This document shows, piece after piece, positions 18,425 to 25,845 of a stretch of 64,000 nucleotides of DNA (the stretch's first letter is position 1; each line of letters starts with the position of its first letter). A program made the translations under genes and the position numbers. The stretch is from Deltaproteobacteria bacterium. GTDB taxonomy: Bacteria > Myxococcota_A > Polyangia > Polyangiales > JADJMO01. A model generated the notes under the pieces. That model saw only the letters and a program-made list of their open reading frames with translations, was not told where the DNA came from and ran no database searches. The DNA is taken from the NCBI GenBank assembly GCA_022843175.1, contig JALHOE010000017.1, forward strand, positions 3,091 through 67,090, written 5' to 3'.

Positions 18425-19773
18425 AACACGAACGAGGTTTCGATCGTGCTCGGGAAGCTCCAGCGGGAGCCGGGCTCGGTCGGCGCATGCAGCGCCGTGT
18501 ACGTGGGGTTGAGCGGGTAGACGCCGAGCGACCACTCGTCTGCCAGCCGTAGGCGGAGGCCGAAGTTGAGGCGCGCGTGGAACCCGACGGTGCTGCTGCC
18601 GCCGACGTCGAGCGAGAGGGGCAGGGCGACGCGGCGGCGCGCATCGAGCTCGGCGTGGAGCCCGACGCGCGCGAGGAAGATGCGATCGACGTGGTTGCCC
18701 CGACCGAGCAGGCGCATGCCGCCCCCGAGCTCGAACAGATCGGTGAGGCGCAGCATGCCGACGGCGCCGCCCGTCCAGAGGTCGCGGCGGCTGGCGAGGA
18801 GGCCGGCGTCGAGCGCCAAGCCGAAGCGGACCGCGGCGCGGCGGCGGTCGACCCCGTCGAACAGGCGATACGAGTCGCTCGCGGAGGGCAGCGCGTAACC
18901 CGCCTTGCTCAGGCCGCCCTCGGTGGACTCGGGCAGCTCGGGTGGGGGCTTCGACTTGGTGGCGCCCCCGCCACCGCCGCTGACCATGCAGCAGCCCGGC
19001 GCGCGCACAGCGACGTGGATCGCGGCGCGCGCCGCGATGTGGCCGACCTCGGCGGCGGGCTTGAGCGGGAGGTCGGGGATGCCCTTGCCCTTGGTGAGCA
19101 CTGCGACCGCGACGAGCCCGACCGCGACGGCGCTCACCGCGACGACGGCGACGAGCGTCTTGCCGCCGCTCAGGTTCTTGACCTCGGCGGAGCTCATGTC
19201 CGCGTAGCGGAGCCCGTCGTGCGCGGTGAGGCCCTCGCGGACGACGTGGGGGAGGGACGCGCCGGACACACCGTCGAACCACACACCGCCGCTGGTGTGG
19301 AACGACCAGACGCCGCTCGGCGGGGTGGTGCGCGCGCCGATGAAGCGCGTGAGCCACGGCCCGAGATCACCGGCGAGGACGTGGTCGCTGCCGTCCTCCT
19401 CGATGGTGTCCCGAAAGGTGGCCGAGGCGCGGAGCGCGGCGACGTCGGACTCGGTGAGGCCCTCGACCTTCACGCGATCGAGCTCCCCGATCTTCGCGGT
19501 GTAGGGGACGAGCACGCCGTCGTCGCTCACCCACAGGTCGGAGGCTTGGTGCCAGGGAGTCCAGCTCCCGTCGGTGCGGAGGAAGCGGACCTCGCTGTTC
19601 GGGTCGATGCGCACCTCGTCGCCGTCGTGATCGCGGACGACGCCGTGCTTGATGGAGGCGAGCCCGCCGCCGGGGACGTTGCTCGTGGAAGTACATGCGG
19701 TCGCCACCGGCAGGAGGAGGAGGAGGGCGATCGACCGCACGCCCGCGCGTCTACGCAAGAGCTGTTCCCTCAT
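18421..19773 (-). CDS. hypothetical lipoprotein/membrane protein with OMP-like C-terminus
   Basis: Start set to ATG 19773: MREQLLRRRAGVRSIALLLLLPVATAC (lipobox). Internal TM segment LVAVVAVSAVAVGLVAVAVL. The C-terminal beta-rich region ends ETSFVF, with the terminal Phe typical of outer-membrane proteins. Confidence 0.65.
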   Translation of the reverse strand: MREQLLRRRAGVRSIALLLLLPVATACTSTSNVPGGGLASIKHGVVRDHDGDEVRIDPNSEVRFLRTDGSWTPWHQASDLWVSDDGVLVPYTAKIGELDRVKVEGLTESDVAALRASATFRDTIEEDGSDHVLAGDLGPWLTRFIGARTTPPSGVWSFHTSGGVWFDGVSGASLPHVVREGLTAHDGLRYADMSSAEVKNLSGGKTLVAVVAVSAVAVGLVAVAVLTKGKGIPDLPLKPAAEVGHIAARAAIHVAVRAPGCCMVSGGGGGATKSKPPPELPESTEGGLSKAGYALPSASDSYRLFDGVDRRRAAVRFGLALDAGLLASRRDLWTGGAVGMLRLTDLFELGGGMRLLGRGNHVDRIFLARVGLHAELDARRRVALPLSLDVGGSSTVGFHARLNFGLRLRLADEWSLGVYPLNPTYTALHAPTEPGSRWSFPSTIETSFVF

Positions 19774-19879
19774 CCGAACCACGGAAACCCCCGCGAAAAT
19801 CGTGGGTGCGAAGGTGGAGACGCGCGATCGTTTGCCGCACCGCGAACCCTCGTGGTCACGACGCGGTAGCCTACGGGTC

Positions 19880-20842
19880 GTGCGCGCGCTGGTCGAAGCC
19901 CTCTGCTCGGATGCCTGCGCCGGGCGCGCGCCCGGCACCCCCGGGGGCGACACCGCGCGCGCGTTGGTCGTCGACGCCCTGCGCGAAGCGGGGCTCGATC
20001 CGCACGAGCAGCGCATCCCCCGCGGCGCCAATGTGCTCGCGACGATCCCCGGCGAGCGCTACGTCCTCGTTGCGGCGCACTTCGATCACCTCGGCAAGAG
20101 CGGCGACCAGATCTTTCGCGGCGCCGACGACAACGCTGCGGCGGTGGCCATCCTCGTCGAGGTCGCGCGCGGGCTCGCGAACAAGCGCCCGGACTGCGGC
20201 GTCATCCTCGCCGCGTTCGACGCCGAGGAGCCGCCGCACTTCCTCTCCGAGTCGATGGGCTCGGAGTACTTCGCGCGAAACCCGACGGTGCCGCTCGATC
20301 GCATCGACATGATGGTGTGCATGGATCTGGTCGGCCACGCGCTCGGCGACACCGGCGTCCCCGCGGTCTCGCAGACGCTGTTCGCGCTCGGCGCCGAGCG
20401 CAGCGTCGGGACGGCGGCGCGGGTCGACGCGATCGAGGAGCCGGGCGTCATCGTGCGCCGCGCCGACGCCGAGATCATCCCGCCGCTCTCCGACTACGCC
20501 GCGTTCTGGGACCGCTCGCGGCCGTTTCTCTTCCTCACCGGCGGACGCTCGCGCCGCTACCACACGCCCGACGACACGCCCGAGCACCTCGATTGGGCGA
20601 AGATGGCCGCCACCGCGCGCTGGCTCGAGCGGTTCGTCCGCGACGCGTGCGCTCGACCGAGCGTCGAGTTCCGCGCGCAGCGAGACGACGTCTCCACGCT
20701 CGACTCGGTGATCGCGATGCTCACCCCGTTGGCCGATCCGCGCGCGCAGGCGGCGCTCGCCATGGCCAAGCGGCTGCGCAATCACCCCGACCCGGCCAGC
20801 GTGGCCACGCTGATCGGCGCGATCGAGGGCGCGCTCGCATGA
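19880..20842 (+). CDS. M28 family metallopeptidase
   Basis: AAHFDHLG...GADDNAAAVAILVEVAR...AAFDAEE are the M28 metal-ligand motifs. Start set to GTG 19880, downstream of the divergent gene's start. Confidence 0.75.
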   Translation: MRALVEALCSDACAGRAPGTPGGDTARALVVDALREAGLDPHEQRIPRGANVLATIPGERYVLVAAHFDHLGKSGDQIFRGADDNAAAVAILVEVARGLANKRPDCGVILAAFDAEEPPHFLSESMGSEYFARNPTVPLDRIDMMVCMDLVGHALGDTGVPAVSQTLFALGAERSVGTAARVDAIEEPGVIVRRADAEIIPPLSDYAAFWDRSRPFLFLTGGRSRRYHTPDDTPEHLDWAKMAATARWLERFVRDACARPSVEFRAQRDDVSTLDSVIAMLTPLADPRAQAALAMAKRLRNHPDPASVATLIGAIEGALA

Positions 20843-21621
20843 GGTACCTCGCGGCGCTCCTCCTCGTCGCGTGCAGCGAGGCTTCGACCCCCGCGGCCGA
20901 GCCCGACACCGCGGTCGAGCCCGCAGCCGACGCCGACACCGCAGCCGACGCAGTTGCCGACGCCGCTGCCGATGCCGCTGCCGACGCCGACGCCGACGCC
21001 GATGCCGCGGCCGATGCCGATGCCGATGCCGATGCCGATGCCGCTGCGTCGCCGTGTCCCGCGGACATGGTCGGCGTCGACACGTTCTGCATCGATCGCT
21101 ACGAGGCGCCGAACGTGGCCGGTGCCAAGCCGCTCGCCTTCCAGATCGCGCCCGAGGGCGAGGCGTGGTGCAAGGCGCGCGGCAAGAGGCTGTGCAGCGA
21201 GGCCGAGTGGGTTCGCGCGTGTCAGGGCGCGGCCAAGCTCGCGTACCCCTACGGCGCGACCTACAAGCGCTCCACCTGCAACGACGACAAGGTCTGGAAG
21301 TCGCCGAGCTGGTCGACGCTCGGCACCTACCCGAGCGACGCGGCAAAGGCCGAGGCGGCGCGGCTCTATCAGGCCGATCCGAGCGGCGCGCGCACCGGCT
21401 GTGCCTCGGAGGACGGCGTCATGGACCTCACCGGCAACGTGGCCGAGTGGGTGACGCGCTCGTTCCCCAACGCGAACAACTACGACCACGTCATGAAGGG
21501 CTGCTACTGGTCGGGATGTTATGGCGGCGCGCCGCCGAGCTGCGGGTTCGTCAACCCTGCCCACCCCGGGGGCTTCCGCACCTACGAAGCGGGGTTTCGC
21601 TGCTGCTCCAAGAAATCGTGA
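20839..21621 (+). CDS. formylglycine-generating enzyme (SUMF1/EgtB/PvdO) family lipoprotein
   Basis: The ATG overlaps the upstream stop (ATGA). Lipobox LLLVACSE and an (Ala-Asp)n linker. FGE-sulfatase-type motifs: FCIDRYEAPN, RLCSEAEW, DLTGNVAEWV, GFRCC. Confidence 0.8.
   Translation: MRYLAALLLVACSEASTPAAEPDTAVEPAADADTAADAVADAAADAAADADADADAAADADADADADAAASPCPADMVGVDTFCIDRYEAPNVAGAKPLAFQIAPEGEAWCKARGKRLCSEAEWVRACQGAAKLAYPYGATYKRSTCNDDKVWKSPSWSTLGTYPSDAAKAEAARLYQADPSGARTGCASEDGVMDLTGNVAEWVTRSFPNANNYDHVMKGCYWSGCYGGAPPSCGFVNPAHPGGFRTYEAGFRCCSKKS
20923..21048 (+). repeat. GCNGAY hexanucleotide microsatellite encoding (Ala-Asp)n
   Basis: Near-perfect gccgac/gccgat run with its core at 20980-21042. 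It encodes ADAADAAADADADADAAADADADADADAA inside the FGE-like lipoprotein linker. Confidence 0.85.
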
Positions 21622-21653
21622 AACCAACCGCGCTGGGTGACGTACCTCGCTCG

Positions 21654-22343
21654 ATGCGCCTCCTTCTCGCCCTCCTTCTCGTCGGCTGCGGCTCTGCCGA
21701 GACCGCGGCGCCCTCGTCGGCCGACACCGGCGCTTCTTCGACCGATACCGACGTCGTCGCCGACACCGAGACCCCGACCGATACCGACGTCGTCGCCGAC
21801 ACCCGGGACACCGGCACGGCGCCGACCCATCCGGCCGGTCCCTACGGCACCGCGGTCGGCGAGGTGGTCGCGAACCTCGAGCTCGAGGGCTACGTCCGCT
21901 ATGCGCCCACGACCGGCCTCGCGACGACCGCGACCTACGGGCCCACGTCGTTCGCCGCCATCCGCGCCGCGTCGCCGAAGAAGTACGCGATCGTCCACGT
22001 CTCGGGCTTCACCTGAGGCGGTTGCCGGGGCGCGGTCCGCGACCTCCTCGTTCCGAAGTACCCCGAAGTGGCCGACAAGGCGATCGTGGTGGAGCTCCTC
22101 GCCGAGGGCAGCCCCTCGCACACGTCGCCGACCACGACCGACAACCTCAATAACTGGATCACCACCTTCTCGGTCCCGTTCACCACGCTCCGCGATCCCG
22201 ACGGCGTCGGCCTGCGGATCGTGAAGGACTTCGCGCCGCGCGAGAACACGTTCGTGATCGAGCTCGCCACGATGAAGGTGCTCTACCGCGGCTACGGCTA
22301 CACGAAGGTGCAGGGCGCCGTCGATCTCGTGAAGACTTTGTGA
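21654..22343 (+). CDS. TlpA-like thioredoxin-fold lipoprotein with in-frame TGA (probable selenocysteine, UGGC)
   Basis: The tail of ORF 20871..22016 and ORF 22068..22343 share a frame. Only TGA 22014-22016 separates them. Lipobox LLLVGCGS. Read-through gives YAIVHVSGFT-U-GGCRGAVRDLLVPKYPEV..AIVVELL, with the thioredoxin-fold remainder downstream. Paralogue of 16223..16975. Confidence 0.7.
22027..22046 (+). promoter_or_regulatory. candidate bacterial SECIS hairpin
   Basis: ggggcgcg (22027-22034) pairs with cgcg-a-ccuc (22038-22046), leaving an apical g-g-u-c region. It starts 10 nt after the TGA. gagg (22015-22018) can additionally pair with ccuc (22046-22049). Folded by eye only. Confidence 0.4.
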
Positions 22344-22372
22344 CTCGGGGCCGGCTGCGGCATCCAAGGCCC

Positions 22373-22834
22373 ATGTTGAAGGTTGGCGACCGCGCCCCCG
22401 CCATCGATCTGCCGTCGTCCGCCGGCTCGGTGTTCCACCTCTCGGAGCGCACCGCCGCGGGCCGCTGGGTCGTGCTCTACTTCTTCCCGGCAGCGTTCAC
22501 CCCCGGCTGCACGGCGGAGTCCAAGCGCTTCCGCGACAACACGCCCGAGCTGAGCGTGCTCGGCGCAGACGTGATCGGCATCTCCACCGACGACGCCAAG
22601 ACGCAGTGCCGCTTCGCCGAGTCGTTGCAGGTCTCCTTCCCGCTCCTGGCCGACGAGGGCGGCAAGCTCTCGCGCGCCTACGGCGTGCTCTGGCCGCTCC
22701 TCGCGAAGCCGCGTCGAGCCACCTTTGTCATCAGCCCGCGCGGCGTGATCGAGGCGGTGTTCTGGCACGAGATCCAGGTGAACAAACACCTCGACGACGT
22801 GTTCGCGTTCCTCCGCAAGCGCATCGCGGCGTAG
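22373..22834 (+). CDS. bcp: thioredoxin-dependent peroxiredoxin Bcp
   Basis: LKVGDRAPAIDLPS...VVLYFFPAAFTPGCTAES...GISTDD is a typical Bcp/PrxQ sequence. Start set to ATG 22373. Confidence 0.85.
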   Translation: MLKVGDRAPAIDLPSSAGSVFHLSERTAAGRWVVLYFFPAAFTPGCTAESKRFRDNTPELSVLGADVIGISTDDAKTQCRFAESLQVSFPLLADEGGKLSRAYGVLWPLLAKPRRATFVISPRGVIEAVFWHEIQVNKHLDDVFAFLRKRIAA

Positions 22835-22938
22835 GGTTCGGCTGTCGAGCGTAGCGCTCGAGGACTGCGTGTCCGGGTGCGTTGCCGCCTCGGCCAGCGA
22901 TGCGAAGTGCGGCGCCGAGTTCGTGACTCTCGCCGACA

Positions 22939-23901
22939 TCACGGGCGTGCGGTGCCGCTCGCGTCGAAGCGCACGATCGACGGCGCGTCCCAGTGGGCGA
23001 ACGCGGCGTCCCCGAGCGCGAGAGAGGGATCGCCGCGACCGGTGAGCTCCTTGCCCTGGTGGTCGATCGTCACCCACATCTCGCCGGCCAACGGCTCGAT
23101 GAGCACGACCGAGCCGGGGTGCTCGCTCGGAGAGCGATCGATGGTCACGTGCTCGGGCCGCACGCCGACGGTGTCGTTCTCGAGCAGATTGATCGGCGGC
23201 GTACCGAAGAACGACGCGACGAATACGTCCACCGGGCGCGCGTAGACCTCGCGCGGCGGACCGATCTGACGGACGCGGCCCTCGCGGAGGACAACGACCC
23301 GATCGGCGAGCGTCATGGCCTCGCCCTGATCGTGGGTGACCCACACGAACGTCGAGCCGAGCTCGCGGTGGAGGGCGCGGATCTGCACCCGCATCTGCGC
23401 CCGGAGCGCGGGGTCGAGGTTCGAGAGCGGCTCGTCGAACAAACAGGTCTTCGGGCGACGCACGATCGCGCGCGCGAGCGCGACGCGCTGACGTTCGCCA
23501 CCGGAGAGCTGCTTCGGCTTGCGGTCGAGCAGATGGCCGATCGCGAGCCGCTCGGCGGTGGCCTTCACCCGCGACGCGATCTCCGCCCTGCCGACGCGGT
23601 CGATCTCGAGCGGGAAGCCGATGTTGTGCGCGACGTCGAGGTGCGGATAGAGCGCGTAGCTCTGGAACTCGAGCGCGACGTCGCGTTGCTTGGGCTCGAG
23701 GTGGGTGACGTCGCGGCCGTCCATCATGATCTCGCCCGACTCCGGTTGGTCGAGGCCGACGATGAGCGAGAGGAGCGTGGACTTGCCGCACCCGGAGGGG
23801 CCGACGATCGCGACGAGCTCACCGTCGGCGATGGTGAGGTCGATGTCGCGGACGCCGCCGCGGCCGCCGAAGGTGCGGGTGATGCGCCGGAGCTCGATCA
23901 T
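22939..23901 (-). CDS. ABC transporter ATP-binding protein (MalK/UgpC-like)
   Basis: Walker A GPSGCGKST, signature LSGGERQRV, Walker B LFDEPLS, H-loop VTHD. The ATG overlaps the permease stop (ATGA 23898-23901). Confidence 0.9.
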   Translation of the reverse strand: MIELRRITRTFGGRGGVRDIDLTIADGELVAIVGPSGCGKSTLLSLIVGLDQPESGEIMMDGRDVTHLEPKQRDVALEFQSYALYPHLDVAHNIGFPLEIDRVGRAEIASRVKATAERLAIGHLLDRKPKQLSGGERQRVALARAIVRRPKTCLFDEPLSNLDPALRAQMRVQIRALHRELGSTFVWVTHDQGEAMTLADRVVVLREGRVRQIGPPREVYARPVDVFVASFFGTPPINLLENDTVGVRPEHVTIDRSPSEHPGSVVLIEPLAGEMWVTIDHQGKELTGRGDPSLALGDAAFAHWDAPSIVRFDASGTARP

Positions 23902-24584
23902 CCCTTCACCGCCCCCGCGGTCAGACCGGACACGATGCGCCGCTGGAAGACGAGCGCGAGGATCACGAGCGGCAGGGTGGCGATCGTCGACGCCGCGGCG
24001 ATCTCGCCCCACGGCTCGGCGTGTTCGGGGGCGAACATCGCGATCGCGGCGGGCACCGTGCGGTGGTTCGGCGTCGAGAGGAACGTGAGCAGGATGAGCG
24101 CGACGAACGGCGTCGTCTTCCACACGTCGACGACGATCGCGGCGTGAAGCGCGTAGAGCGGCGTGCCGAGGAGGTTGACGTCCGAGATCGGTAGCATTCG
24201 CGTGATCAGCCCGTGATTCGGGTCGTAGAGCCAGGCCCACAACTTGGCGGAGACGACGGTGGGGACCGCCCACGGGACCAACACCGACGCGCGCAGGAGG
24301 CCGCTCCCCCGATGGAGGAGGAGCGCGAACGCGAGACCGAGGAGGAGCTCGATCGCGACCGCGAGCGCGACGAAATAGGTGGTGTGTCCGAGCGCGGCCC
24401 AGAACCGCTCGTCGCGGAGCAGGAACGACCAGTTCGCGACGCCGATGAACCGGTGCTCGCGGAAGATGAGGATCTCGCGATGCAGACTGAGCCACACCGC
24501 GGCGAGGACGGGGTACACGGCGACGACGGCGAGCGCGGAGAGCGCGGGGGCGACGAACGCGATCGCGGTGCGACGCCCGGTCAT
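23898..24584 (-). CDS. ABC sugar-type permease, apparently an in-frame chimera of two permeases (likely defective)
   Basis: 228 aa. Residues 1 to about 168 match the N-terminal half of a MalF/UgpA-type permease, up to WKTTPFVALILL. No EAA loop follows. The sequence then jumps to a MalG/UgpE-type C-terminus (PWGEIAAASTIATLPLVILALVFQRRIVSGLTAGAVKG). Confidence 0.6.
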   Translation of the reverse strand: MTGRRTAIAFVAPALSALAVVAVYPVLAAVWLSLHREILIFREHRFIGVANWSFLLRDERFWAALGHTTYFVALAVAIELLLGLAFALLLHRGSGLLRASVLVPWAVPTVVSAKLWAWLYDPNHGLITRMLPISDVNLLGTPLYALHAAIVVDVWKTTPFVALILLTFLSTPNHRTVPAAIAMFAPEHAEPWGEIAAASTIATLPLVILALVFQRRIVSGLTAGAVKG

Positions 24585-25756
24585 GTCGCCCCGCCGGTCA
24601 GGCGATCGATCTGCCGTTGCGCCCGCGCGAGCGCGCGCTCGGGCGTGCGAATTCCGGAGACGATCGCCGAGAGCTCCCCCTGGAGCACGTCCGAGACGCG
24701 CGGATACCACGGCGACACCGGTCGCGGCCTGGCGTGCTCGACGATCGGCGCGAGGAGCCTCAGCGACTCGATCTCCGTGTTCTCGTACACCGCGCGGCGT
24801 GACGGCGGCCGGCCGTAAACGCGCGCGAGCAGCGACTGCGCGTCGTGCGACGTGAGGTGTCGAATCAACGCGACCGCGAGCGGTTGCTTCCATCGAGGCA
24901 GACGGCTCGACATCGCGAGCTGCCATCCCCCGAGACAGCCGTGCCCCGGCGCGCCGTCGCGGGACGGCACCGCGGTCATCGCCACCCGGCCGGCGAGGTT
25001 TCCGCGTTGGAGCTCCGCCCACGCGTACGGCCAGTTCCGCATCGTGGTGCCGCGGCCCGACTCGAAGGCGCGTCGACACTCCTCTTCGGCCGCGGAGGTG
25101 ACGAGGCGTGGTGCAATTCCGTGGCGCACCAACGATGCGAGGAACGAGAGCGCCTCGCGCGCCTCGGGGGTGTCGATCGCGAGGCCTCCTCCCCCGCCGA
25201 ACCCCCAGATGAGCTCGTAGGCGTTGCACACCAGCCCCTCGTATTGTCTTCCCTGGAAGAGGTAGCCGCCGATCGCCGCGAGCTCTCGGTAAATGCGCGG
25301 CGGCGTCGCGCGATCGGTCCGCGTGTACAACACGCCGACGTCGATCCACCACGGGACGGCCCACGTCTTGTTCTCGAAGATCGCCGACGCGGCCGCGCCG
25401 GCGACGAACTGCTGGCGGAGCTCTTCGCCCGTCGGCTCGGGCAGCTCGGCGATCCATCCGGCGCGCGCGAGCTCGGGGATCCAAATCGTATCGGCGACGA
25501 AGACGTCGGCGTCGCCGCCGCCCTCGAGGGTGGTCAGCAGATACTGATGGAGCACGTCGGAAGCGCTCGGGACCGTTCGCGTGACGAGCGCGATCTCGGG
25601 ATGGGCGCGGCGGAACTCGTCGAGCAGGCGGTCGAAGGGCCCGCGATCGCCCCACAACGGCTGGTGCAGGAACACGAGCTCGCGTGTATCGCGCGTGCGC
25701 GCACAGCCGAGCGCTCCCGCTGCGCCGATCATTCGGAGCGCGTCGCGGCGCCTCAT
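24581..25756 (-). CDS. ABC transporter substrate-binding protein (family 1 extracellular solute-binding)
   Basis: Tat/lipobox-like N-terminus MRRRDALRMIGAAGALGC. Typical SBP_bac_1 features: DVFVADTIWIPELARAGW, AVPWWIDVGVLY. The stop overlaps the permease start. Confidence 0.85.
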   Translation of the reverse strand: MRRRDALRMIGAAGALGCARTRDTRELVFLHQPLWGDRGPFDRLLDEFRRAHPEIALVTRTVPSASDVLHQYLLTTLEGGGDADVFVADTIWIPELARAGWIAELPEPTGEELRQQFVAGAAASAIFENKTWAVPWWIDVGVLYTRTDRATPPRIYRELAAIGGYLFQGRQYEGLVCNAYELIWGFGGGGGLAIDTPEAREALSFLASLVRHGIAPRLVTSAAEEECRRAFESGRGTTMRNWPYAWAELQRGNLAGRVAMTAVPSRDGAPGHGCLGGWQLAMSSRLPRWKQPLAVALIRHLTSHDAQSLLARVYGRPPSRRAVYENTEIESLRLLAPIVEHARPRPVSPWYPRVSDVLQGELSAIVSGIRTPERALARAQRQIDRLTGGAT

Positions 25757-25845
25757 GTCATCGAGGGCTCCGATGCTGCCACCCGACGCGTCATCGCGTC
25801 CGTGGCGCGGCTCCGCTCGTGCCCGGCACGCAGAGGAAGCCGCCG

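Noticed and set aside
20839-22030. Idea that the FGE-like enzyme modifies the redoxin because U-x-G-C-R resembles the sulfatase C-x-P-x-R motif.
   Set aside because: The Arg after CxxC is a normal conserved feature of TlpA/CcmG-type redoxins (WCxPCR). Position +2 is Gly, not Pro/Ala. The resemblance is most simply coincidental.
22851-22867. Short stem (tcgagcg-tag-cgctcga) between the convergent bcp and ABC ATPase genes, considered as a bidirectional terminator.
   Set aside because: It has only 7 bp, a 3-nt loop and no flanking T/A runs. That is too weak to report as a feature.
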